In this document: piece by piece, positions 36,601-48,243 of the stretch
How the letters are laid out: each line of letters opens with the position of its first letter
How positions within the stretch are numbered: the stretch's first letter is position 1
Assembly (NCBI GenBank): GCA_964276515.1
Contig: OZ193910.1
Coordinates: 682,001-746,000, forward strand
Source of the DNA: Gordius albopunctatus
Lineage: Eukaryota
Direction: 5' to 3'
DNA: 64,000 bases
The notes under the pieces: generated by a model
Seen by the model: the letters and a program-made list of their open reading frames with translations, nothing else
Told to the model about the DNA's origin: nothing
The model's database searches: none
Program-made: the position numbers and the translations under genes

Positions 36601-39600
36601 AAATTCTAAGTGTAACACAATATCTCTTCTATCCATTGAATTGGAATTATGCAGAATTTTTTAAGTATGCATCATTTGGTTTATGTTATAATAATCATAA
36701 TAAGCATTACTTAAATAGCTGATTGCTTGTTTCATGTTTCACATTTTGGAATAATTGTATTTAATTGCTGCTCCTAACCCTTAAATAATTGGTAGGTTAG
36801 GTGAATAAGGTGTTAGCATATCTTCTCGTGACAATATTATTTTTATCTTATCAAACACTGTTTGTTATTATATTAATAAACTAAGTAGAGCTGGAGATAG
36901 AAGAATGCCTAATTGTAAGCTTAGTGCAATCGACTAACCTTTTATGGAAAATATTAAAAATAGCGACATTTATTTTAATAACGCTTATTTAGGTAACTTT
37001 AAGAAGATTTTTACCCTCATAATTAATGTTCTTCATAGATATATTTCGTGGAAAGACCTTGGGACATTAACAAACATCTCTCCATTATCATAATAAAAGC
37101 CCTAAATTAAGTACCTTTTATAATAATTATCAATTTTATTATAAAAAATACTTAAATAAAAACTTTAATCCAAAATTTAATGGTTAATATGCTTAATTTT
37201 TGGGGGAAATTTTTTAATTGGGAGACATTTTTTAACAATATGACATTCAATTCGGCAAGATGGTTTTCGGCAAGTTGACAGGCCAGCTCAAAAGGTGCCC
37301 TATCCTTAAATAGTATTTATTTGTCCACTTGGCTAGATAACTTCTAGGGTTAGTTTATAAATTTGAATCAAATTATTAAATTATATATTTAAAAATAAAG
37401 GGTTTTTTTATTTTGAAAATGGCCCAATATGACTAGGGCCTTCGGGTCTAGAGCCTGGGGGCTCCACCCCCAGACCCGTCTCAATATTAAGCTGAAATGT
37501 ATGGGATAAAATAGAGGTAATTAGCGCTTTTGACCTCTTAGAAAGATGTTTAATGCGAAAATATCTATCAAAATTAAAAATAAAGCATATAAGTCGTAAA
37601 AAATTAGGGATAGATAAAGAAGGGAAAAAACCAAAGTCTGATATGATTTTGCACTATAATTAGGGAATAATTAAATTTTGAATATTTCTTATTTATAAAG
37701 TATTTGATCCCACGGCCGTGGAGTTTGTTTTGATTAGTTTCTCCCATCTTGATCGGGTTAGAGCCATGTCTTGATCAATATTCTTAAGTCTCATAACCTT
37801 TCGACTTGCCCTTTCCCTATGACATGAGGTCGCCTTTTCCTCTCTTCCTCGGTACCTCCATGTCAAGTACTTTTCGATTTAGGTCATTCGTATCCCTTTT
37901 ATTTATCCCCATACTACCTTAGCCAATTTTTGTAAATAATTTCCGACAAGAGTTGAATACCCATTTTGATCAAAAGAAAGTCATTCGTTATATGGTCGAG
38001 CTAAGTATATCCCAAGCTCGAATGCATCATTCTCATTTCTGTGCATTATAATAGTTTTTCTTATGGTGTTTAATGCCCATGTTTCACTTTCATAGTATAA
38101 GACCGGCTGCGACGGATTAATAAGCTTTGCTCTTCAACCATATTGACATTTTCTTGTGACACATTACACCGAATATATTTTGCCATTTACTTCTGTTGCG
38201 CAAGCTACCTCTTGATTTAGAATCTACCCGAGGTATGTAAACCTCTCTACTTTAGGGTACTTTAGATGTTCATCCCGCGATGGGCTATCTCAAACGTACA
38301 TTTTATGAATAACATTTTTTGATCCTTGATCTTTAAAACATATTTAAGCGTTTCGACCACTTGCCGGCTTCTTCGAATACTTTCCCCTTTGTTTCCTCGC
38401 CTAGCACCATTTCATCGGCATATAGCATACATCATGGCGATGATTTAGGAATGTCTCTCGTTATCGTGTCTATAATTATATTAAATAAAAAGGGACTTAA
38501 AGCAGATCGTTGATGAAATCAAATTTTAATCCGAAAAGGATTAGAGTCTCCAACTGCCGCCTTAACGTACGAATTTGAGGCATAATTATTTTTCATAAGC
38601 CATATATGTGTCAGGGATATTTTGTTTTCTAAACTAATTTTATAGAAGAATTTCATTGATTTGTTTTGCTGTGTACACACTTAGATAGGGACAAAAATGC
38701 TTATTTTAGCAAATTTAAACCAAAATTTAGAAAGATGACTTATGTGAAATCTGAGAAATGGGAATGTTTTTAAATGATAAGTAACAGCAATATTTTAAGC
38801 ACCTAACTGATTTTGCTTTTAAATAGTGATTGAATAAATGTGAATTAGTGGTAAAAATTTAATTTAATAATATAATTTTTATACGCAAATGTTGGTGTGT
38901 AAGTGATAATATTTTATATGGTATGATTGTTAATATATTTAAAATGCATTAGAAAAAAAGTTAAAGAATCCAAAGTCTCAGCTGGAATAGTTCCAGAAAA
39001 TATAACCATATTCTTCCATCCTATTAAATAAATTCTAAATTAATAAAAGTATAAATTAAGTAGTTTATATTCAAAATGCTTATTAATATAATCAGCTATT
39101 GAAAAAGTTTTATTAAATGAATGACTTTATAATAGTTGTAACTTGAAGTAAAATTCTTTTTTTCCGATAAGTTTCTAATATTATTAATAAGTTGCTAATA
39201 TTACAAGCTAGTGAAAAAGTTTGTAAATACCTTATCTGATGTAATAATTGTTGAAATTGTAGTAGACTTTGTATTTTGTAATAAGTAAGTTCCTAAGATT
39301 ATAAATATAAATTAGTGAAAAAGTTTGTAAATTACGTGATCTCAAACGCCTTTCATTACGTGAACTCAAATGTATGTTTTTCAGAAATTTGAACCAATTA
39401 TGTTACTCAAAAAATCACGTGATTGACAAAAAAGTTCTTTTTTCGTGTTTTCAACGAATGAGGAGGCGTGATTGACGTTTAGGCGATCTCAAATGCTACG
39501 TGCTCTCATACGTTACACCGGCCCTCCCTGCACCCCTTGGCTACGCCCATGCACAACAGTAACAATAGCAGTAGTCATTTAGTAACCTTGGGCAATTAAT

Positions 39601-42600
39601 ATCGTTACTTGAAAACTAAATTTTTTTATAAATAATCTTTTTCATCTAACACTATGATTCTATTTTTTGATGACGCACGAAAGCGAAAAAAGGAGAAGTG
39701 AATTTTTGTGCTAATTTATCAAACTTTTCATTTTTTTATTAATATCTTTATATTCATCGTGAAATTTATCATATATCAATGGTATTTATTCTATAAACAT
39801 ATACAATTATATAAAAAATACATACATACCAAATTCCATTTTTTAACCATCGCGCGAAAAGTACAAAATGATTTGTGTCTTATTTTCGTTCGCTTTTTGC
39901 CCGGGCGAAAATAATCGTCTGCGGTTTCACTATGAACACTCTCTATTTACAATTGTTATTTTCGTGATATATGATGAAATTTACGATGAATATAATATAT
40001 TGTGAAAAATAATGAAAATTTGGATAAATTAGCACAAAAATTCATTTCGCTTAACGCGGGGTTAGGCCGCAAAGTTTTGAATGAATTAGTCTATGCTTAT
40101 ATCGAATTATAAAAGTAAGCCTTCAATACTCTAATTAGTGTGGGTTATGAGTATATATTTATTTTAAAATAGTATGTAATTTTTTTGTCCAGGGCCCATA
40201 GCATATTAATATAAAATTTAGCCTTTTAAATAAAGTTGGATAGTACATTTAAAGCCTAAGGGGTTCATTAAATATGCAATTTTTACTTTGATGTTTCTTC
40301 ATGTGACATATATACTCATTTATGAACTATATTTATTTTTAAATTTTTTATATTATGTTTAAATTCCTATAATATTACTTATCAATATTCCATTTAAATT
40401 ATTCTCTAAAATAGATTACGTATGGTGTAAGTAGATCTTTTATAAGACCAAATTCATATTTTTTTTTATAAGTTTTAAAAGTTTTTATTTCAATTAATAA
40501 ATTTATTATACATTTTGAATTGCATAGGCTATTTTTTGGCTATATGATCCCATCTTTAAAATTAAATATTTAAGTAGTCCGAACCATAGAACATCGATTA
40601 AAATGTTAAAATGTGTAAACAAATGTTTTTTACCCTATACTTTATCATTGTGTTTAAAACTGAATGTGACGTTGCGTCATAGCTATTTTTTATATTTCAC
40701 CTCCTGATAAAGTTGGTTTTTAAGATATTACCGCAATAAACAAACCTTGGTTATTACTAAAACGGAGTGATATAATAAAATAGCTTTGAGCTTTTAATAA
40801 TTACTTAACTAAGTTATGATACAAATCATTTTACTTTGGGATTAATATCACAGCACATAAGCAGGGCTATTATAATAGATGTTCTTTGGCAGCTTTAATT
40901 TATGGGGCCAGCATTAAGGAATGCCGTTCACTCTGCAAAAAAAAGCCTTAAACTATGCCATTTGGAACACGCAATCTTTTCATGGCCGTAGCCATGGAAT
41001 GGCGAAAAAATATTGTTTCAATGCAAAAAACCTTAATAATTAAAAAATTTTATGCTTTGCCCCCCCCCCCACCCTTATCCAAAACCTGGGTACGCCCATG
41101 AATCTTTTTAAAAGAAAACAACCAACATTTTTTGGATTTAACCGTTTTTAAAATTATATTATAAACAAATTTTGCTATTATCACTTTTGACTTGGAGAGA
41201 GGACTATTTTGTCTATCTTTAAAATAAAATAGTTTACTATGTTAGCTTACTTAGATTTAGAAAAATCTCTAAAGTTTTCAATTAAATTCTCAATTATTGA
41301 TCATTTTTTATACTAAAAAAATTTATCATCTTTAATAAAAGAATATTAAGGATGAACTCTCTTTTATAATAATTGTAATATTACTTTTCATAAATTGCCC
41401 TCTCTGGATAGGTATCTATAAACTACTAGACTGCTCGAACCCTTTTAAATAATGTTACATTGATATCCTATTTGATCATCTAATTTAGTTTAGAAAAAAC
41501 TTATAATGCCATTTACTACACCTTATATATTTTTATTTGATATAAGAATACAAACTATTTTGGACAAATTGAAATAAAGAGAGAGAAAAAGAAATTAAAT
41601 AAAATTAGCTTTTATAACGCCATTTTAAATTGATTTACTAAAGTGTCGATTAGTAGAATTCATAATATGTGCTNNNNNNNNNNNNNNNNNNNNNNNNNNN
41701 NNNNNNNNNNNNNNNNNNNNNNNNNNNNNNNNNNNNNNNNNNNNNNNNNNNNNNNNNNNNNNNNNNNNNNNNNNNNNNNNNNNNNNNNNNNNNNNNNNNN
41801 NNNNNNNNNNNNNNNNNNNNNNNNNNNNNNNNNNNNNNNNNNNNNNNNNNNNNNNNNNNNNNNNNNNNNNNNNTTGCTTGCAGTTCTCTAGTATACTTAC
41901 ATACGCGTGTTTTAACACACACCAAAAAAGGGTAATGATTGAGATGATTATTTTAAGCACCATTAAATAAATGAATTTTTAAAAATATTAAACACAAAAT
42001 GTGAAATTTATTACAAGTCCAACACAGACTGCTAAAAAAAAGTGCCGTAAAAGGGGTCGGGTTTTATTTGGTGCACCATTGACTCAACTACGACTAACGA
42101 TCGACTCGGGAGTTTTTTCCAAAATTTTGACTAATCCTATCAGTCCACTAGGAGAAACGGAGCCAAAAATTCTTGGGCTTTCCTAATTATAGTCAACTTG
42201 AGCCTTACATAAATGTAATATTATTGATTAATGTGGCAGTGGTGTGATTACCCCTTGAGGTAAACTTCCAATTTTATGGCTTGGCGTTTGAAGCAACGCG
42301 CCAGGCCTCTACTCTTGCGATCGATGCCCAGTTTAAAGGTTTGATCGTATTCTGGTGCCAAAAAATGGTAATAATAATAAATGTGAGGTGTTTTGAGGGA
42401 TGAAATTAATGTTTTGTATGATGACGACGATGTTGTACCAGGGTTATTGGTGCCGTACACAACTGCGGTCTTGTCTCTTTGCGGACTAGCCTATATATTC
42501 ACAAAATGAGAAATTATTGTATTGAAAATTACGATGTGAGACTAGGCTAGGCTATACATAATATGTAACTGTTGGTACTAACTGAGGGATAGGGAAAATC

Positions 42601-45600
42601 GTATTTAACGTACGTGTCCATTTCCTTGTTGGCAGCTAAACAAAAAAGTGTTTGTTGTTGATACACGATTATTGCAAAAAGATTAATAGCAGAAACAGTT
42701 GGATATTATAAGTAAATGGAAAGTTACTCGAGCCGTATTGATACCCGCGGACTATCGTCAATTCCATATCGTTATCACCCAAATGCGTATTGCTCCTACC
42801 ATCAATAAATGATCGCGTTTCTTTACATACAATTACTAATATATATTTCAAACCGTTTCTTTAGTATTACAAAATGGCCTCCTTTAGGTAGTAGCCATTT
42901 TGTAATATAACATCGTATCTAGGTTTGGTCCATTAAAGTATATGAGTGTATATTAGTAGTAAGAAACAAACTTATGAACTTGGGAATTGGGATAAAAATG
43001 TAAACACTTTTTCAGCCCGTACATGGTTATTAGAAACGAAACTAACTTGACGATGGGTAACACTTTAGTTTCGAAGTGGTATCTCAAAATGGGGGCCATC
43101 TTTTGTCTTTCCGCGAGAGATACGATCGAACTGGATTTGAGGAAGGAGGCGGCGAAATCCCCGAGGAGTGTCAAATCGCGTTTACACGCGGCGGCCATAT
43201 TGTCAAAATTGCGGGCGGACGACAGGTCGCCGAGGTGGACGTAATAACGGGCGTTGTTGGCGCACGTTTTAATTTGTCGACTCAAAATGCCCTCCAACCA
43301 ATCGCATCGCTCCCTCAACTCCCCCGCCTCCAAATGGTTGGCGTCGAGACTTTGGCCGACCAATCGGGTGGTGGTGCCGGTGTTTTCCCCTTCCCGATTG
43401 GTGGAATGGTCAATCTCATCCGAAGAGGGATGAGGGAGTGAAGGCAAGGTCTCCATATCTATAGGCAGACCCGATTTACAGGCTTGAATGAGAGGATCGA
43501 AACCCTAGCAAGACGACATTGGCATAATTATAAGTCACGTGAGTGAGTAAACTTATTACATTATAATAATATTATAAGAAAAATCATTAAATATCTATGG
43601 CGGACATTTTAACGAAAATTGGCTAAGGAAGGGAGACGAATGATGTAAAGCCAAAAGTAGAGAATTGCACGGGTGACCCGAAATCGAAATATCTTCGAGT
43701 CGGGCCGGATTCGGGTTGAAAATTGTAATAGGCTTTCGGGTCGGATAGGATTTAAAGTGTCTGGTCAAAGGTTTTGAATCTTACAATGCTAAATACACGG
43801 GACATATCTTTTAAATTAATGCTATTTCGGAGTTAGAGGGGGGGGGCAGCCGCCCGTCCCTGCTGCCTCTGGCTACGCCCATCATGCACACCACAATTTT
43901 TGAATCGCATCGGATGCCAAAATTCGAAATGCGTTCGGGAAGGATTCGGTAAAAAAATTTAAACGCTTTCGGTTGAAAATTTTAAAATGCTTTGGGGTGG
44001 AGTTGGGTTCGGTTAGAAAATTTAAAATGTTTTCGGCTCGGGTCGGATTCGGGTTGAAAAAAGTGACTTTGAAGTTCTCTAGCGGAAAAGTAATGGAGAT
44101 GGAAGTACCGAGGAAGGTGACGTGGAAAGGGCAAGTTGACAAAGTTATGAAATTAAGGACATTAATCAAGACATGACACTTACTTAACCGATCAAGATGG
44201 AAAAACTCACAAAAAACCGCACGACTACTGTGGCACCAAACACTTGATAAAGAAGAAGAAAACAGAGAGGGCAGCAGAATGAATAAGATGCCTAAACACA
44301 CAAATTAGTGTTGTAAAAAGGAGTGGGTTTTGACGGGGCGACCTTTGTCTTTGGTCGACTAAACATAAAGAGACCAACCTTCATGAGCCTCAAATATTCT
44401 TTGGCTTGAGTCAAGTTTCCCTTGTGCTTCGCTTCGAGCGCCTCTCGCCTGAAAACCTGTTGACGCGTGCACAGAAATTCCAGCTGTTGTTTGATGTGAT
44501 GCGAATAATCTATTATATACAAAAGCAATTAATAATAATAATATTAAGTAAATATACACACAAAAAAGTGCAGTGTTAACGCGGTAAACTAAGTATAAAT
44601 AAAAATAGTAACCGGCTTTCGTAGATTTAGGGGGGGAAATTTCTTTGGTCGAATCGTCGCTTTTTGAATTTTCACGCGTTTCTGCAACAAACAAAATGCA
44701 CACTTTAAGAAGAATTAAGCAAAATTGTCAGATTGGGCCCGCCCCAGCAATTAGCCATTTTGATCAAGCTCGTTTTTACATAATTGCAACGAAACAAGGT
44801 GGACAAGATAGGACAGACGAAACGGAGATTGCATAGCAGTTAATAAGAGTATCTGCAAGAATGGTAGTGTCGTAAAAATGGGTGGGCTAAGACTAATCCC
44901 CTCTAGTCTCTTTTTCAAATTTCGACAAATCCTCGTGGTCGAAAAAGAAAAATAGTCACCAAAAACCTTTGGTCTGGTTATGTTTAGTCGGCCAAAGTCA
45001 AAGGTCAACCAATCAAAACCCAGACCTTTTTACGACACTGAGGTGGGAATCAAGCTCACCCGCGTCGTTGTTGCTTTCTTCTCCTTCAATACCATCCGGC
45101 TTGCCTCTGCTAACAGTAATGCCCAAATACTTTGCAATGGGTATCTCTGCAAAACCTAGTATAGCAAAAGCACAAAATTTACACAAATGAACCATATTCT
45201 ACGTCTTTTGATACAATCATGTGTGTAGCCAGGATTAGATCAAGAGGGGGACGTCAATATAGATTTATGGAGGAGCCAAATGAGAAAAAAATTCCAAAAG
45301 CTGTTTGTCACACTAAGGTGGTCGTCAGCTTCTTTAGATATTTGGATGAGGGGTGATGCTCGGCTATCCAGGTCTGACAGCCGTGTTGACGATGTGATAT
45401 ATTTTTACAGCTTTTGAAAGGAAGTGCCTAAAGTAAAGTCTATATCGACTACGCTCCAAATGATAATTTTAAAAATCTAGTCATAATTAAATTAATTTTA
45501 AAGGATCTTTGGATTTAGAGGGGGGCCCAGCCCAGCTACGTCCATGGGTCTTTTAGATTCCAATGATACCTGGTGGATTAGGGAGTTCTTGGTAGGGATA

Positions 45601-47800
45601 AGTTTTATTGCCACTCGTATAAGCTTGTATGGCATCTTGATATTGTTTCATTATTCTGGTCATCCTCCTTACTTTGCTAGAATTAGCTTCAGCTTTGGCA
45701 GAATCTAAGGCACATTGGTACTTGCTCATACGTTCACGCAATTCATCTATGAAATTAGGGGCAGTCTGGGTACCAGACCTTGATGCTACCTGAGATTCTT
45801 GTTGCACATCTTTTGTTGAAAAATTCAAATTTAAAAATATTGCCTACTTCAATACTAAGGGTGTTCCATGCTTTAATTCTTATACAATACTAAATTATAT
45901 CAACAAATGTAAAGGAAAAACAAATGTTATCCTGATTAAACAATTTCCTTTGAGCACTTGTAAAATTAGTAGCAGAAAATGGAATTTATTTAATAAATGA
46001 AAACCCACTTTTTGTAGTATGAGGTGGGCTAGAACTTTGTAGATTTTCTTTGGTGGGGGCAACTTTAATTTCTTGGTTGAGCGAGGGACTTTGTAAAGTT
46101 ACGTATTGTGCTAAAGTGGGTAATTGTTTGGCTCGGGCAATTAAATTATGGAAACTAATATCAGTTTCATTGATTGGGCTATTATTAGTAGAGTTTTTAT
46201 ATTGCAATAACTCATCTATGACGCCCTGATAATCCTAAAAAATATTGGATAAAAATAGACCTAAAATGTAATAAATAACAATAAGTGCCTCATTTTAATT
46301 GAAGATTTTATGTTTTATAGCTTGTCAGAAGGTTAAAACAATGATTCAATTATATTCATTTAAATAGTTAATATTGTATTATTTTTAACGAAGCATTAAT
46401 TTTTAATTCGTTTATAAAACCACAAATTTTTACAAATATTGCAATCTTATAACGTGAGAATCACAAAAAACCATATTATCAAGACTCAATCATGATTAAA
46501 TTTTAAGTTTGTTAATATTTTATGCTTTAATATGGCTAACCTTATAAACTATCAAAAACTTCCTCCCATTTTCTAAATCATTGCCATGCTTTGCAATTAT
46601 GGCTTGTTCTTTAAACTCTGCTTGTTGGGAAAGCAATTGACTCATAAAGGCATCTAATTTATAAAAATGTCAAAGAAACTAATTAAATTAGTATCCTGCA
46701 TTTGGTATTTCATAAATCTAATTTAATAATTTACACAACATATATATGCAATATTAATTTTCAATACCCAAATCAAATGTAGAAAGGCTTGTACTTGTAT
46801 CAACAGTATTTGTATTAAACTCTGATTCTAATTCTTTTAAATGAGGGGAAGATGTTTTTTGGGTTTTTGTTTCTATAGAATTATTACTATCATTATAATC
46901 TGATAAATCAATGAGCAAATCTGAAGATTTATGAGTGAGATTGTCTAAACTATCTATATCCTTGTGCATAGCTCTGGTACTTTTCCCCTTTGTAACCTCA
47001 GGTGGGATTTCTTCAAAAGTAAAACTCAAAGGCTTATTTGATGACTGGGCAGATTTTACTTCTTTTACCATTTTTTCCAAAATTTTTATACCCCTATTTA
47101 ATCTTCTACTTTTGGTTAAATCATTATTCATTTGAGCAACATTTATGGCATCCTTATAACATGAATATCTATCATTCAAAGTATTAAGCAGAGAAGCACT
47201 GTATAATAATGTGCTTGGTTTTGTCTCTTGTTCCGTTTTGGTCTTGAATGGTATCTCTGTCTGCAATTTTTTTGGTGGAGAGGGCTGTGATGTATCATGG
47301 CCCTCATTATTGACTTCAAAACTCATATCTAAATCCTCTGTCGCTTCCATAATTTGGTTTAGTTCTGCCTTTTATTAAACAAAAGATATTATATACTTAC
47401 AGAAAGAATTAATGATGTTTTTAAAGTCTTAATGTATCATAAAATTCCTACCAAAAGTTCATTATCATCAATATCACTACTATCTGATATCTTTGGATCA
47501 TTTAGATGAATATCTTTATATAAATCATCATTTAATAATCCTTGAATATTTGTGCTCTGAGCTGATTGAACTATATTCATAGGAAAAATTTATGGTTAAG
47601 CATACTTTGTTTGTATGTTTTCTCATAACTAACAGATGAGTTTATGAGGGATGACAATTCCCGTTCTAAATCCTGATCCGATAAATCATCACAACCGTCA
47701 AATATACTCGGTGTTCTATTTTTTTGATTCTATGAAATTTATAAAATTAACTTAATATTAGTATTTAATTTACCTTTCTTAAATTTGATTTAGAGTTCAT
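24639..47800 (-). CDS. CC2D1: Coiled-coil and C2 domain-containing protein 1 (CC2D1A/B, Lethal giant discs homolog); last exon 24639-24858, other exons 42252-47800
   Basis: ATG at 47800; DDNELLAELNQI; DM14 repeats ([38 protein letters not shown]...[40 protein letters not shown]); C2 domain ([39 protein letters not shown]...[14 protein letters not shown]...EKWLV); in-phase splice from 42251 to 24859. Confidence 0.9.
25270..25469. other. Assembly gap (200 N)
   Basis: Run of N. Confidence 1.
25470..28099 (+). mobile_element. RTE-clade LINE (APE endonuclease + RT), 5' end lost in the gap, frameshifted
   Basis: SGYAPQTGC and GADMNGHVG (APE); [27 protein letters not shown] (RT); coding region split into 5 or more ORFs. 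Confidence 0.93.
28398..33013 (-). CDS. GNL2: Nucleolar GTP-binding protein 2 (circularly permuted GTPase), multi-exon; copy 1
   Basis: [47 protein letters not shown]...DARDP, G4 LNKCDL, G1 [10 protein letters not shown]3 [14 protein letters not shown]...DWQRGKLPY; last exons approximate. Confidence 0.93.
29686..29861 (-). mobile_element. tRNA-derived SINE copy in a GNL2 intron
   Basis: Reverse complement contains GCAGGTTCAATCCCGCCTCT and ggctgtcagacctggata, as in 1198-1816. Confidence 0.8.
30686..31175. mobile_element. Foldback-type hAT-like MITE in a GNL2 intron
   Basis: Ends tagtgatggg / cccatcacta; 8-bp TSD atacactc / atatactc; long internal inverted arms (e.g. ctataggagatgggaggtttgaggc vs gcctcaaacctcccatctcctatag). 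Confidence 0.85.
33075..37287. mobile_element. TIR-bounded (Mutator-like) 4.2-kb element enclosing a CRE retrotransposon; copy 1
   Basis: 34-bp inverted repeats at 33080-33113 and 37249-37282 (32/34 identical); flanking 9-mers tcaaaaaac / tcaaaaggt as a possible degenerate TSD. Confidence 0.7.
33200..36076 (-). CDS. Intact ORF of a CRE-clade non-LTR retrotransposon: N-terminal Zn finger, reverse transcriptase, CCHC and restriction-like endonuclease; copy 1
   Basis: ATG at 36076; CPTC...[60 protein letters not shown]...[30 protein letters not shown] then poly(A) at 33112-33130. Confidence 0.92.
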   Translation of the reverse strand: MLISKPLCPTCKRRICLDKHNCFWIHGPVSSRCPSSGKLPPPCLPIPPLASNFEEAPLSPIPSPVIPPSLQCSPSINQPPDSSWSNSFLTNTFPNTISRIPRGARPSIQQSLLNIFTSIIKNPYNLTNWDKLFKFPYYILYVREPNEHNLSSLIKESLLCFNTDVPITCTSKTKPFPLEPTINQTAKHISNKIHNFNPKSALRAFYDNNSIAPCCPDSYRELNQKHPAASSASRYPTSPSSIVLESSDIREALNSFPLDSAAGLDGWRPVYLQDLLNLNNLNTEPLLNSITSFCNIIVNGKFPHEIIPILFGAKLIAIKKPDNSVRPIAIGSLFRRIISKTLCKLIKPSLSAKLRPHQLGFGIKGGCEAASHAGRITLQNIPTESCFVKLDFANAFNCIRRETLINTFLAEFPQFVNYILLSYGSTTKLRFGEYVVDSSEGIQQGDPLGPPLFCLAIHNLVEAISSQCILDLNVWYLDDATLCGRPEEISKAIQIINNFKPTLNLTLNSKKCEIFQAPNTIDFPIFKPFLVLEKENISLLGSPIGGEKSLLNFLHKNLEILKSKTELLKCLPAHHSFYIIKNYFNISKINHCFRSSGAFLHLDVLKSYEGFLKTLLEKILNLKFNTNNWIQASLPTKSGGLGIRPPGSISLAAFISSFKSVQNLIFNLIKHDSDTLLTQALELWNLNVTPGTIQPQSTRQKDWDSGLVSRSVDYLLSSSDDSQHYNLRSLAFDGSGHEWLKAYPSKLLGMLLEDFELSYSIALRLGISYSREFNCQNCLTVVDEYARHPLHCLANKYKYVRHTKANLLIQAALKKAKIPSILEPSDPSLEGRMRPDGSSLVPWQNGLSLKWDFTCIDLFAPSHFNYDPIATEEGRKTTKYSALLASNIFIPVVATCSGSFGKQAMGFFKEIGKRTPKSKISASFLLRQQLGILVARYNFKSFADSWPILEENDINLCI
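37700..38610 (-). mobile_element. Old degenerate RTE-like LINE 3' fragment
   Basis: Minus-strand remnants [22 protein letters not shown] and [13 protein letters not shown], with many stops; duplicate at 61164-62074. Confidence 0.75.
39335..39522. repeat. Cluster of short acgtgaNctcaaa-like repeats, probably a DNA-transposon subterminal end
   Basis: About 6 imperfect repeats ending acgttacaccgg; partner end not seen. Confidence 0.45.
39695..40048. mobile_element. MITE with long inverted arms
   Basis: gaagtgaatttttgtgctaatttatc ... gataaattagcacaaaaattcatttc, plus further internal inverted match (ttcatcgtgaaattt / aaatttacgatgaa). Confidence 0.7.
40981..41100. mobile_element. CATG-ended short MITE (hAT-like)
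   Basis: Perfect 8-bp TSD aatctttt at 40973-40980 and 41101-41108; ends catggccgtagcc / gggtacgcccatg. Confidence 0.85.
41674..41873. other. Assembly gap (200 N)
   Basis: Run of N. Confidence 1.
43658..44081. mobile_element. hAT-like MITE in a CC2D1 intron, containing a CATG-family MITE fragment
   Basis: Ends tagagaattgca / tgaagttctcta; ttcggg subterminal motifs; nested ggctacgcccat fragment at about 43830-43885. Confidence 0.7.
45284..45455 (-). mobile_element. SINE copy (B box deleted) inserted into a CATG-family MITE
   Basis: TSD ccaaatga at 45276-45283 and 45456-45463; body matches 1720-1816. Confidence 0.8.
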
Positions 47801-48243
47801 CAGCTGTTAAATTTTACGATAGAATGTTCAAGTGGTAGAAATAATTGAATCAATGCCATTTATATCCCAAAAAATACATTTCTAAAATTACGGCATGATT
47901 TATGGTAAGAATGTTTTGCGTCAATGAAAGATTATTTTAAAGAAAGTGATAGGTTGTATGTACTATGCAAAATTTTTTAGGAAGAATTTTGTACGTTCGG
48001 TATTTAGAGTTATAGTTAATAATGGTGGAATTACAAAACATAGCTCTTGCCGATTGTCTTAATCAAGATATTCACAAGGGGGGGGGGTGATGCAAAACAA
48101 TTTTAAATACCCTGTATAAAGAAATTTTAAAAGATGTCTTCATGGGAAAAGCAAGGTAACATAGAATTTTTATATGCCTACTGCAATCGTTTGAAATATA
48201 TACCTAAATTATTTAAATGTTATTTAAGTATTTTCAATTCTCA

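Larger units (their letters stand above)
25470..41673 (+). repeat. Gap-bounded near-identical duplicate of 48934-64000+ (offset 23464)
   Basis: Same ORFs recur at a constant offset of 23464; the differences I noticed fall inside repeats (RTE, SINE). Confidence 0.97.

Noticed and set aside
36363..36700. Plus-strand NWFSDECL and YLFYPLNW, reminiscent of a Ulp1 protease carried by some MULEs
   Set aside because: Two short motifs only; no recognisable catalytic His/Asp/Cys context, and stops intervene
43882..44301. 139-aa minus-strand ORF
   Set aside because: Overlaps a MITE inside a CC2D1 intron; no protein motifs
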